DNA of 64,000 nt, taken from Phoronis australis. Its lineage: Eukaryota; Animalia; Phoronida. The position numbers and the translations under genes were made by a program. The notes beneath the pieces are model-generated. The model worked only from the letters and a program-made list of their open reading frames with translations. It did no database searches and was not told the DNA's origin. Positions 51,401-63,200 of the stretch are shown one piece after another. The stretch is from contig NMRA01000271.1 of the NCBI GenBank assembly GCA_002633005.1, positions 17,588-81,587 on the forward strand. The letters run 5' to 3'. How positions within the stretch are numbered: the first letter of the stretch is position 1; every line of letters begins with the position of its first letter.

Positions 51401-54400
51401 ATTAAATGCAAGGAATCTTTCATACTCAAGTTCTGATCGTGTTTTGGGGAGACTTTCCTCGCAAAAACTTTCAACGTCACTGCTGGACCGTCTGTTGGAA
51501 CAGTTGACTGTCGACTCAGTTCCGTTGTCGTCTGCCTCATTTGTTTCGTCGTCGTCTGCCTCATTTGTTTCGTCGTCGTCTGCCTCATTTGTTTCGTCGT
51601 CGCCTTTAATTGAGCTGACGGATTCACTGATAAAGCTTTGGATGGCAGCTGAATCTGATGACGAAGTCTTGCCTTCCGGCAATTCTTTGCACGAAACATC
51701 TTCCTCGGATGTCGCTGGTTCCACCGTAACTTCAGGTGAGCCCACTGATTCGGAAGATGAATTGCGCTCAGAGCGCGGCTGGACTTCTTCTTCATCAGCT
51801 TTGCCTTCGTTTGTTTCCGTTTCATCAGAGTTCTGCGATCCATCGCTCGAGAAGTGTTCAACGTTATGTTCCATTTTTCACTTTCAGCGCGTTCCCTCCG
51901 CTATATGCAAAGGGCCAATTGTGATGATGTCATCAAAACGTCATCAAAACCTCATTCTTACGTCTTTTATCCAGTTGAAAAAACAAATGCCAAATTTTAA
52001 ATAATAACATTAATTCGATTAATTTACTAAGAGTTTTAAAATTACTAAGCGCTCTGAAAATTATTACCAGAGTATTGACAAAACAGCCTAATCGTTTTCA
52101 ATTTTAATAGAAACATGCATTCTAGTGTCGAATACTCATAGAGCACAATGCAAAATAAGTCTTTTTGCTTACTCGTCCAGGATCTGGAAAGGTCATGGGG
52201 TCAAAAATAATGTAATGCCAATGAATCTTGTCAATCTCTCGTGTCACAAAATAGCGGAGTCTGTCGCGAGCCGACTTCACGCGTTCATATTCCGAGTTTG
52301 TCTGAGATCCGTAGCATTTACTTTTAATAATTTCTTGGAAACAGCGATCGGAGAATCTGGCAAAATACGCCGACCGCGCCGAAGGAGGGCACAGATGGCT
52401 AGTAACGACTAACCTTTTGCCCGAAGACACCCGTAAATTACGCAAAGTGACCTTTTTATGAATGGCAAGAGACGTCATCTACAGAAAGGACTGTAGGATG
52501 ACAATCCACCCATAGCCACCAGACGTAGGTGTGCGATCCTGTTTACTGAGATCACTTATTTCAAGCAGCCAAAAGTTCAGTTTATCACAGATAAGAGTAA
52601 ATGGGTCGCATCTATCCAATTGCAACGGCAAGCGGTACGGAGAAGACCATGATCTGCGATACACTTTATGGATTCTGCTTTTGGAGTCACAGTTTATAAT
52701 TTCATAGTGCTTGTGGGGTTTCCAAAATTAGCCGTCGTGTCAGCGAGTGCATTAAAAAAAGCTTAACATGTACATTTTCAGTCTGTCATAAGGCCACTCA
52801 CTTCTTTAAACCGCTTTCGGGGTACCAGTAAAAACTTGTCTAGCTTTACCAGTTGCAACCAATGAGCTATATACACAGTTATATTTATTTCATGGGTTGC
52901 AACCACTCAGTGACTAGTGACAGCCGGAAGCCTCTGATTCTCGCAGTGCCTTGTATGGAACATGACGTCCTTCATCCATGGATAATCCAAGAGGTTTGTC
53001 TTACATCCCACCGCACAGCAGTAGAAATTTCTTGGCATTATGATAGCAGGGAATATTTAAGAACGCTGTTTAGCAGTAGGTTAAAAGCTCCCATCCACAA
53101 TACATGGGAGCTGCACTAGGTGGCGCTGAACACCTGTCCACAAAAGACCTGACCGCCGTCTGGTGGGATAGTGAATTCCAATATGGCACAGCTATTTCGA
53201 AAATCAGCTATTCGGTCATGTGGTACATCGATTAAAACACATGATGTAGGGTAACGAGTTTCAAATGATAGTTGGTTTTGATGCTGTTTGGAAATAGCAG
53301 CCAAGTATCAAGGCATGACAAACGAATTTAAGAGCATTACGAAACACATCTATGGGCAGAGTGAGAGTAATTTCTTGGTTTATCCCTGCGTATAACTATT
53401 CTTTGTCGCTTGCTCGATGCTGGTTCACTGAATAAATGGCGAAAGAATATTTAAGTTTTTGTGAACGATGACAAGAAGCTTCACATCAACAAGCTGCTTT
53501 TCAGAATGGAGGGTAGTCCCTCCTTTCAAGGTGAGGTCAAGAACTTTTTGAACAACTCATGTACCTGGTTTGCGTAATGGATAACACTTTCCGCCCCGGC
53601 ATCTGCTTCCGACCTTGCACGAGCGTTCCTGTAAATGAAATTGCAAAATTTTCAGGGCTATACTAGTGCATCTACTCTGAAGAGCGGATACATAGGCCTG
53701 ACATATAGTATAATGAACGTTCTTTTAATCTAGTGCTAAGGCGATTGTGGTTTAATGTTAAAGATCATCTATGGGTCAACGTAAACGTTCTGCCACCTGC
53801 ACCGTCAAAATGCGGGTAAAAGTATTAAAAATTGTAGCGCTAAAACACATTGTACAATCTTGCATGCCAAAAGGGCGCTGGCACATCCCGTGCCCGAACT
53901 CTTAAAGTAGGGTTCTCTTAGCTCCTATTGGATTTTGCCGTGGATGCCATCTTAGTCATATTGAACACCGTTGACTGATACGTAATTCTCACTGCCCAAA
54001 GAAATGCTTGAAATTATACCTAGTTGTGTCGCGTTATCACTGGTTATAAGATTCAGATATTTGCTCGAAGCCACGCCCCCGCAAGAAAATGTTAACAGTA
54101 TCCAGTAGAGTTTACATATGCAGTACCTGCCAGACGTGTAGATGTCACACAACCTAGCGTTTTGGCAGGGAAACAGACACATTCCAGGCCTACTAAAGTT
54201 AACCTCGTTGAGATTTGTATTTACTTCAATGAAGAGATATGTTTCTCTTTGATTTTGCAACAGTCAAAATTCAAGTTCAGCCATACGCTGGTGTCTTCTA
54301 GGAAACACGAGATGATCAGCAGTTGGTAGTACTGTCAACGAAAATCATACCGCACATTTGTCTTCGGCCATGGTAGGCAAACATCGACCCTTGGAGCATT

Positions 54401-56077
54401 GCGTACCCACTGGGCAACGTTCAATCTGAAACACAAAAGGATCTTGCTGTTTCTCGTTTCACCACCTGACCTGTCGTTTTTTTTGCATTTATTTGTAAAT
54501 GTCGGCGAAATTAAGAAGCTGTACATTTCAAAAATCTCTTTAGCCAATACCCTCCTTTGGTTAAAAGTCGAAATATAATCTTTAGGAACGTTTGGCAGAT
54601 TTCAGTACTGAGGTATACTGTACTCCCTACGTAAATTTTATGTTCGTTATATGGGGGCCGGAGCCTTGTTATAGGTGAACTAAAGCCTATTATGTACCGT
54701 GTCTTTTTCTCAACGACCTTTTTGGACTTAATTGGAGGATTTTTTTGAGAAATTTGTGGTGCACTGGTTGAAATAAAAAATATTAGACCTGCATTTTGTA
54801 ATTGTCCGAAAAACACTAAAAATCAACGTGGACACTTACCTGTGACACAATCTGATTCATCATTTTCATTATCACGATCCACTTTTCAGGTAGGAATTTA
54901 TTTTCGTTGGCACAAAGTACGTCCGGATCATTTACGAGTTTTAAGACATTTGTTTAAAGAGTATTGCACCCAGATTTTGACTATTAATGAACATTAAAAT
55001 TTTTGAGACAAAACAATACTGCTCTATAGACTTTCGGCAATTCTGCACAGTTTGATTACATCTTACAAAACTTGGAAATGATAACTAGGCTTCCAGTGAA
55101 TTAATGAACACCAGTTCTGAGAGGTCACGCGTCTCGAGTAGCCGAATCTAGTTTGTAGCACATAAAGACGAGTTGTAGATGAACAGTGTTTTCACTGATC
55201 TTTCCAGGGAGTCGCTAATCACACGTGGCAGGTGAAAAGAGCAGTTTTGGGTACAATTACCACAACATGGTTTGGTATTCTTTCAGACGAATTTTCTAAA
55301 ATCGTGCGCTTAATTTAGTTCATTTTAAAAAATATTGATGTCAAGTTGAAACAACACGATTCGGTCATAAGTTTTGACTGGTCTGCCTTGAAATTCTGTT
55401 TAAGAAGTTTTTGACTAAAATAAAGTGGAAATAGTAAGCGTGTAGAATACCGCACAGGACATTGTGTCCGACCCCAAGGGCTCCATCACCCATATCCTAG
55501 GTTACTTTCTATTTTGTACTCCAGATTTCAACTCACCCCACAGTCATTTCCATCCTGTCTACAATCGGCGGCCATTAAGGTAGTCATCAAAGCTAGCTGA
55601 AAAGAATCACAAAAAGACTGGCCTGCGATATAAATTATTTAAAACAGAATAATGACAAAAAAGCTTCAGCTCAATGGGAAACGAAATTATTCGACTTTTA
55701 CAACGCAATGTGTTTACATCATTTACCAGTAGCTTGGATAATTTTATTAGAGCAAGATGAAAACTGCAGGTCCAAATACCGAGGCAGCATGTATTTTAAA
55801 ACTCAGGAATCATTTTAAAAAAATGTGGGTATGAGCGAATTGTCCCACATGGCCTTATTTACCATGTCAGCTTCTTGTCCTTTTTTGTTTCCAACTTTAA
55901 TGGGCTCGTTGGCCCGAACTAAGCAATCACTGTGCGTCAATGAAGTTAATTTTGGGCCAATGCGGCTGGGCGCGTTTTTAAAATTATCCCTGAAAACCAG
56001 TGAAAGCGTTTGGGTTTTACAGCAAATAAATGTCTCACCTCCAATATAAACATTTCCATATTACCTAGTCTTGTCAT
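33491..56077 (-). CDS. WAP-cluster gene D: secreted protein with two 4-Cys modules and a WAP domain, about 128 aa, with a ~20 kb last intron
   Basis: Exons 56077-56039 MTRLGNMEMFILE; 55596-55537 LALMTTLMAADCRQDGNDCG; 54425-54351 IERCPVGTQCSKGRCLPTMAEDKCA; 53628-53565 ERSCKVGSRCRGGKCYPLRKP(G); 33639-33491 ACPPLKEHFGSCVVECDDDADCAKHRLCCETLCHGFVCTEPDEFRQDI*. The exon 4 to exon 5 join is inferred from phase and homology; I saw no nearer WAP exon. Confidence 0.78.
34085..34780 (-). mobile_element. Degenerate copy of the HINE-like element
   Basis: Reverse-complement matches to the 3' hairpin (CCCACATATTTATA) and to the array monomer (TTTTTTGCGTCCATGGCTGTATCTCCTTAACGG; TAGTGGCCATTTT). Confidence 0.6.
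35071..38043 (+). mobile_element. Degenerate TIR DNA transposon encoding a tesmin/CXC-like Cys-rich C-terminus
   Basis: Left TIR TAGTCGGAGGGCCAGA plus a subterminal TGAGCACTTTGGGGGGCAA matching the end seen at 240-310. ORF remnant 36839-37108 reads HGW...CKCKKNICAGKLSLCCNAGSNCTETCSCENCSN. A further remnant lies at 36453-36728. Confidence 0.65.
37583..37780. mobile_element. MITE with 26-bp TIRs
   Basis: CACCTAATCATACTCTTATCAGACGA ... TCGTCTGATAAGAGTATGATTAGGTG. Confidence 0.75.
38090..38235 (+). mobile_element. Possible hAT transposase N-terminal fragment (TTF-type zinc-finger start)
   Basis: PAKKR..QRQEFYQP*LKKYAWLQYEEDG resembles the F...W...Y.WL.Y motif and ends at a GTAGG donor-like site. 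Confidence 0.4.
40131..40725 (+). repeat. 96-bp tandem repeat (at least 6 units, running into the N gap), open as a 32-aa Q/E-rich repeat
   Basis: ATGTCCCACA recurs at 40131, 40227, 40323, 40419, 40515, 40611 and 40707. The + frame reads VVECMNPDQQESQEEQTWHDVPHAQEGAQEHP. Confidence 0.9.
42182..42437 (+). CDS. Chromo-like domain exon, probably transposon-borne
   Basis: TTCAG acceptor, K/R-rich NLS-like stretch, then WIVKYVVSMH...AEVLWETGLVTFEPYENL, matching the chromodomain V.W...TWEP.ENL pattern. Confidence 0.5.
42445..42700 (-). mobile_element. Short degenerate copy of the HINE-like element
   Basis: CCCACGTATTTATATGTGAGTGCATATTACCGTCATGTCTGTCC resembles the reverse complement of the 3' end at 23455-23500. 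Confidence 0.55.
44241..45907 (-). pseudogene. Spliced, degenerate KDZ-transposase-associated CxC-cluster gene fragment
   Basis: Putative exons 45907-45899 (MSE), 44930-44774 (KVKIGRKRKLP...) and 44490-44241, the last with an early stop/frameshift followed by LVQAWDSVRDHML...C...WCQDC...YFCSDC..KH...QFH. Confidence 0.5.
46359..46762. mobile_element. PIF/Harbinger-like MITE (family 2)
   Basis: TGCCCGGTTG...TTTGGGACTGTTTTATGCAACCGGGCA; TSD CAG; internal similarity to the 17397 and 48406 copies. Confidence 0.75.
46827..46951. mobile_element. Small MITE; related partial copy at ~60130-60242
   Basis: TIRs GTTCAGTAACGCTAGGTCC...GGACCTAGCGTTACTGAAC. Confidence 0.7.
47177..47245. repeat. (CA)n microsatellite
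   Basis: Seen directly; a smaller (TG)n tract lies at 26304-26342. Confidence 0.9.
48406..48824. mobile_element. PIF/Harbinger-like MITE (family 2)
   Basis: TGCTCGGTTGCATGAAAC...GGGACTGTTTAATGCAACCGGCCA; TSD CTG. Confidence 0.78.
51170..51874 (-). CDS. Intronless 234-aa ORF of unknown function: acidic S/E/D-rich N-terminus, basic/aromatic C-terminus
   Basis: Long ATG-initiated ORF with an in-frame 21-bp repeat (DDETNEA x3) and a PPPRPSLWKRFKNKF motif; nested in the last intron of gene D. Confidence 0.5.
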   Translation of the reverse strand: MEHNVEHFSSDGSQNSDETETNEGKADEEEVQPRSERNSSSESVGSPEVTVEPATSEEDVSCKELPEGKTSSSDSAAIQSFISESVSSIKGDDETNEADDDETNEADDDETNEADDNGTESTVNCSNRRSSSDVESFCEESLPKTRSELEYERFLAFNEMMLERLKHIDEWPPPRPSLWKRFKNKFYKCFPRLKPKPKDRRYIIHFPKPWLKPRTYDWYLPDQFDCIGWMCSSY

Positions 56078-57211
56078 ACTTGGCTGCAGATCAACCTCTA
56101 AAGCACGGTGGACATTTTGCGACGGTATGTACGGCAGACGAACTTTAATTGAAAATGAAGCACCTGTGCGCATTCACATTACTAGCAAAATAACATCTGT
56201 CAAGACCGACGCTGCAGTTATTAGCTATTACACTAAGCGTCAAACAATCCCGCATATTGCTTGTGAAAGCATGATTAAAGCTTTAATGAGTGTCCTTTCC
56301 ACGATAAGACAATCGACACGTCATCAACATCAGGTGCTGCACGGGGCTAATACCAAACAGACTTGAATCTGGCGGGTGTTCGTATAATTGTGAGGTCCGG
56401 ACACATGCACCTTAACGATTTACCCGACGTACCGAATTTTCAGCACAACAGCTACATAAGGATGTTGTGACGTATTCGTAGCGCATGGCAGCGATAGCCT
56501 ACGATACCGATCCGCACAAAACTGAAATAGATGTCGTCACCGACGACACTAGTCTCATCTCGAATTACCCGCATATTATGACATTTATTCCTTTAAAGAA
56601 ATGCACTTTGGACAAATCCCAGAATAAGAAATGCCGTTCCCGGTGCTAGTGCGCTGACGTAGCCCTCGACGATATATAGTGTATAGTTGACGGCTGATCA
56701 AAGGTGCCTGTGCGTAGAACTATACGAAGTCAACAACCCGAGCTTATTGATCGAGCGTCACAACTCACAAAGCGAGCGATTAAAACAACGACATCATGGG
56801 TATATCCTGTGTTCAATTGCTAAACCTCTGAACACCCACTTATTCAATTACAATTCCTAAAAAAATTCCAAAGTCAGTTACACTCAGTATGTTTCATCAG
56901 CAGACAGGTCGGATACAGCCAGAAGACACTGCAACACTTCGTCAAAAATGTATGAAGGTCCATATTCCTGGCCACTGACTGGCAAGTAAGAAATTCCTAC
57001 TTGGACAAAAATGAGACAGATTGAATACCACTGAATTCAGACAATACTAGTCATTTCTCTAGAAACAATATCATCACTTTGTTGCTGACATTATCTATGC
57101 TCACTACAAAAGCTTAAATAATGAGCTCACATACAAATTGGTGTTGAACGCTTCAAGAATACTTTAAAAACAAGCTTTTTATCAAAAGTTTTTGTCCTGT
57201 AGAAGAAGAGG

Positions 57212-60200
57212 TCATCGCGGACACATGGCATGTCGCCCGCCATCTACCGGTACAAGAGCCGCAGTGATAAACGATGCAGCCTCAGAAGCAAGGAAGGCGA
57301 TAGCGCGTGCCACCTCATCAACTTCACCTGGACGTCCTAAGGCATGGGTCTGCCTAGAGCGCTCCAAAAACTGGAAAAATCGACAAATGGTAATTCACTT
57401 TTGCTACAATTTCTGCTCGTTTCAAACGTTTAAAAGTGGAGCTGACAATAAAAAAGAAGAAAAGCAAATCCCAACTAGTCACAAGTTACATTTACGTTTT
57501 ACTTGAGACCCCTATTTGTTACATTCGTGGTGCGAATTCGCCTATAAAAATGGGATCCACACGCTCAAGATTTGGATTCTGCCGGGTCTTGATCCCATCC
57601 GCAAGGAATTCTAACTAAACTAACTAGCTTTTTGGGTCTTTTTATTCAAGTTTCGGGGCATTTTTCTTGCTTAAATATTCTAAAGACTTTGGGTTATTTG
57701 TCAAAGCAGAGATGACGACGACGGAAGCTAATGACGAGGTGTAGGTTTGTAGATTTGTATTTTATATTTAGCGCATAATAAACTCAGTATATTTGTCTAC
57801 TTCTCTCTTGTTTCACTTCCTATGAGTTGTCACCATGGTTCTCTCCTATGCGATACGAACGACTGAAAAAAGTACACAACACTGCAAATATTTTTTATCG
57901 GCTACGAACAGTCGACATTTTAGAAACTAGGTGGATCAGTGCTGCTCGCTCCACCGATTCCCGTAACTTTCGGAAAGTGAAATACCTTTGCATAGACCTC
58001 TTCATTCATGCCGCCCCGTTTCTGTAGTTCTGTGACTACCACACCAGGGCTAGAAAATAGTGGAAGAGAACGTCCCGTAGTTTTAACACAGCTATGCTCA
58101 AAACGTTTGGGCATGACTGCATCTCGCCATGTTTAGCTGGCTCAAAAAACGAAAGTCGAGTAAGTATATTCACACAAAACCTCCCTCACTATTCCTTACC
58201 ATGATATTATTCCATTTCCGTTGCCAACTCAAGTTACAGGCAACGCTTACATCCCTCGTTTTCGAATTTGTAATTTTAGGGTTGGCCAATCCCAATAACA
58301 GTGGTGTGTAGTGGTAAAATTAGAGGTAAGTAGGCCCCCAAAGCCCACCGTATCACCTTGAGCACTGAACTTATGGTGTGTACGCGCTACGTTCAAATGC
58401 CAAAAGGTGGTTGACTGCGCCTACGTGCGCCTACGCCCCACTACAGCACTGCCCAATAAACTGTGAAGATTTACTTGGATCGCTGATGGCCTCGGTGTTC
58501 ATGTTGGTAGCGGAAATGGAACCCTACCACGGTCACGATAAGGAATATTATGAATATTATTATGGGATTACTTCGGTTTAATTCGTTTTTAGCCAGCTAA
58601 ACAATGCCAAATGAAGACTTGAGCAATTAGTCATTAGTTTAATTCGTTGCTTCATCTTACACGCTTTTTATCAAACATGGTAACTAATTAGAAAGCGTCT
58701 AAATGTTAAGGTTTTATGGGACCGANCGTTCAAATGCCAAAAGGTGGTTGACTGCGCCTACGTGCGCCTACGCCCCACTACAGCACTGCCCAATAAACTG
58801 TGAAGATTTACTTGGATCGCTGATGGCCTCGGTATTCATGTTGGTAGCGGAAATGGAACCCTACCACGGTCACGATAAGGAATATTATGAATATTATTAT
58901 GGGATTACTTCGGTTTAATTCGTTTTTAGCCAGCTAAACAATGCCAAATGAAGACTTGAGCAATTAGTCATTAGTTTAATTCGTTGCTTCATCTTACACG
59001 CTTTTTATCAAACATGGTAACTAATTAGAAAGCGTCTAAATGTTAAGGTTTTATGGGACCGATTTTGTGAACAATTTGAGCAAAATGATTAACTCGGATT
59101 GTTTTTCCAGCCGCTTTGAGACACAACTGGCTCACACGCACAAAGATCCCTGGGTTCACTATGACAGTCAAGAAAGGTACACACATCATACACTTGTATA
59201 GAAATGTCTTAAATTCAGGATAGGACTACAGATATTTCAGAAAACAGTAAATTTGTCAGGTTAATCGGAATGGCATTTTTCAAGAAACACAAGCCGATGG
59301 ATTTATCGTGTTCTAAATACTAACTTGACGCTGTTCACACGCACTCCTTTGGATGCTAGTTCCAGGGCCACACAGTTTGTGAACTGATCTAAGGCTGCCT
59401 TCGACATATTGTAGGCCAGAACGCCGGGGAACTGTAAAAAGAACGTCAATGGAACTTTACCGTGTTGCCGCGCCAATAGGTCCAAGGGCGTCTACGCGAA
59501 ACTGTGCTAATAAGCGAAACTCAAACGCATGCGCTAATATGCAAGCCATTTGGGTAAAAAATGGTCGAAAAAAGGCATTATTTCGGGTATAGGCCTATGT
59601 GTCTAAAGACGCGGCAATGGGGTATGTAGCTTGTATTCCGACCAAAACTTATGTTTCTTTCCAGAAATTAAATTTCAAATTCGGTCAGCACTACTTGCAA
59701 TCAGGCACGAAATAATCCCACATTCCTAACAAATAGCTTCATGATCGTTATGTTTCAGTAATGCAGCAGACTGCGCTTGTAGCTTGCATTTGCGACGAAA
59801 AGTTTTCGGTCGTGGAACGGAAACGGTGGTGTATTCAATCCCACAATTCAACATTCCAACATTACCGAACAACATTTGGCTAGGTTAGGATGGCACGTTC
59901 CTGAGCATACTCGTGATGCACTTGTCTTTCATTTGCGTGTTATAACGAGTTTTGCGAGATCTTGCTTTTCTCACAAGAAGCTACAGGTCTACGGAACGTT
60001 CTCCAGACTTCAACTGCAGAAGTACCTTCGCGTACAACCGAGGCTGCTTCCCGCCACTATAGACTTGTTAAAACAGATTTTGCAAGATCAAGCAAGTATT
60101 CGATATATAACGCCATGCACTAGTTGTCTCGCGGCTAGAGAAATTTAGCCCAATTCACGTGCTCTCACTGAAAATACCTGGCAATATGTCGCGTAATCTC

Positions 60201-63200
60201 GCGTCGTTTTGCTTTCCTAGCGAGGTCCAAGCGTTACTGAACTCTACCCCAAAGGGCATGACTTCACTGGCTTTCACTGGAACGGTCCCTTTCCATGCGG
60301 AACGGGCCCCAAGTGGCAACAATAATTATCAACAAACCTTACTAAGTGTGCAGGTGGTGCAGTAATGAGGCCTATAATTTCACGATTCGGCGAGCGTCAC
60401 AACCAAAAGATATCAAGGAGAAGTATTACGAAAATCAGAGGGTAGTAACTGAGTAAAATAATCTGATTCTCCGGAACTCATATGGATTCCAGTAACTGGA
60501 ATTTTATTTAAACATTCTCACACGAGAAGAGGTGGAAGACAAACACTGCACATGAAGTACCTTATCCAGAGTACAATTAGCATTTGATTCCCAGTTCTTT
60601 CATAAAGCTCCATACGTCCCCACACAGATGAGGGGCCCTCCTCGCAGGGACATTTCCTTACAAAACTTGGAAAATTATGGCAATAGGGGAAAATGAAAAT
60701 TCTGGCGATAGGGGTGTGAGAAAATTTTGTAATGATCGAGGATAGGGGTGAAAATTGTGACAACCAATGGGGTCCCAAACTATATACACCGTTAGGGTCT
60801 CCGTGAGACCGCGATCCGGCACTACATGTGGGACTACTTACAGCTCGCAGGCCACACACGCTGGACACGTTAACAATATTTCCCTTAGACTTCTCAAGAT
60901 GGGGTACTGCTAACATAGTCAGATAATAAATGGATCTGAAAAAACAGCGAAAGAACGAACATCGACCAGGATAAGGGTTTGTGATAGTGAATGACTTTTA
61001 CAAGCAAAACTGAAAAAAGAACTGCGAAATTTAAAAAAGACAAATACCACATGAAGTCACGTTTAAAGCGATAAATATGCACGCACAAATGTCAGGCCAC
61101 AAATTCAAAACTTAGTTCTGACCGGTACTTACCCCGACACATTTGAGACCTATGCTTACCCACTAAAAAATCGCCAGCCAGAATTTCAGCTGACACCACG
61201 TATTGCTTTTTTAAAAATTTGTACAAAAGCAGACAAGTCCATGATTTGCCTAGCCAGGAGTAAAAGAAAAAATTAAATCCCAATCCATTTTACTCAACTC
61301 AGGTGGATTTTCTCACAACTGAGTAAAAATGAATACCGCCCTGCCGACTCGATTTTCGAAAAAACACAGACCAGAACCAACTATGCTTATCAACCTTATC
61401 TTTGGACATAATATGTTCAGCAATGTAGGATTATTTCGTATTTTCTAACGTAGCACCATGCTGGGGGAGGATAGTGCAGCCCCATTTTTTGATTGGTAGA
61501 TGGTCCCGATCTTAAATTTCCAATTCCAAAACTGCTCTTACAAACTATCACGCTTTTATTTTTTACCTGTTCAAACATTGTAATTGTACCACACGGGCAG
61601 TCTCTCCTGACGCAGTCTCGCCTGTCACAGTCTCGCTTGACGCAGTCTCGCCTGACGCAGTCTTGCCTGACACAGTCTCGCCTGACACAGTCTCGCCTGA
61701 CGCAGTCTCGCCTGACGCTGTCTCGTCTGGCGCAGTCTCGCCTGGCGCAGTCTCCCCTCACGCAGTCTCACCTCACGCAGTCTCACCTCACATAGTCTCA
61801 CCTGACGCAGTCTCACCTGACATTAATGTTGAATATTCGGTCGTACTGTTCTAATGACGTCTGATCAATGGCGCCACTTTCTTGTATTCCTGCATTGTTC
61901 ACCTATAAAGAACAACTTGGGTGTACTTCGTTTCACTTCAAAAAACAGCAAACCAATTCCGAACCCAATTTTACGTGACCAGAAATTCAATTTCCTTAAA
62001 TAAAAAATATTGAAAAGTTGTCAATGAATGCACTTATTATAAGAAGTTGATTAAAACGCCGAAAATGGTTTGGTACGTTAGTGAGCGTTCCATCGTGCAA
62101 CAAGGGTAACGAACTAAGTATTGTGTGATGGTTTCGTAAACGTTTGTACTTCCAGTTTCACAGTGAACGCGGACACGTGAACAAGCTTGGAAATAATTTC
62201 GTAAAATTAAATACGGTCTTAAAGGGACATTATTGGTTTTATGGCCGTCAAAAACGCATTTTGGGGGTCATTGTTGGATTGGGTAGATTTTATGAAGTTA
62301 TAAGCTATAAACAAAATCTGTTGGTTTTTTATTACAAATTCCCAATTCTCTTCGTTGTCTACCAGACATTTGATGAAATCGAGGCTGGTAACTTTACAAG
62401 TTTGCCTAAATACGAGTGAGATTCATGTCCAACAGCAGAGCGGCAGGCTGTGACCGCGGAGTTGGTCTTGGAAAATCAATTTTCTTGTCCACAATGTCCT
62501 TCTTAACAAGCACGGTAGATAATAAATATTCTCACGTGCACAACATTACTCGGCGCTGCTATAACAAATTGACTCTGAAATGCATTCCATTGAAAGGTAG
62601 CAAAGAAGCGAAAGCGGTATTTTTCAACTATGTGTGATCAATAAATAATTGGTCAGTCCATCAAGTAAGGTCAAAGTAAAGCTAACAGTTATTACTATTC
62701 GACTCTAGAAAGGCAGGATTTGCAGAATGAACATAGTTGTCCACGCATTTTGTAGGCCTACAAACAGTAAAACGCTGAAGTAATGCCTGGTATACTTTTT
62801 GTCTTTTTTCACAAAATAACGTCTAACTGAAAAGATACCAAACACCAAACACAATTTCAGCCAAGCAATATATATTCAACCACTCATCATTTCCTAATAT
62901 TTGAAACATAAAATGCTCTGTTATGGTCGTCAAGTGTCAAAAAATTTTGGAGCGAGATTGAAATTTCCCTACACTCAACAAGCACTGGCTTCGACCAAGA
63001 CTCTCCAGCTTCAACTGCACGGGTGAGAAACAACATGACCGTCGGTCCTCTAAACAGGACCTCCGGGGATCAAATGGGACCGCCGCACCAGAAAATGGGA
63101 CTGACGCACCCAAAAACATGACCGCCCCACCACAAAACAGGACCGCCGGNTTCAACTATGTGTGATCAATAAATAATTGGTCAGTCCATCAAGTAAGGTC

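Noticed and set aside
51321-52004. 227-aa Ser-rich plus-strand ORF
   Set aside because: Antisense shadow of the acidic 51170-51874 ORF.
58378-58918. Two near-identical 67/71-aa ORFs as duplicated genes
   Set aside because: They lie in an SDR intron, overlap a MITE and arise from a duplication split by a single N, probably an assembly artefact.
61417-61854. RRDCV/QSRLT/RQARL repeat proteins, or a CRISPR-like array
   Set aside because: These are translations of an intronic 15-bp minisatellite; there are no unique spacers and the context is eukaryotic.
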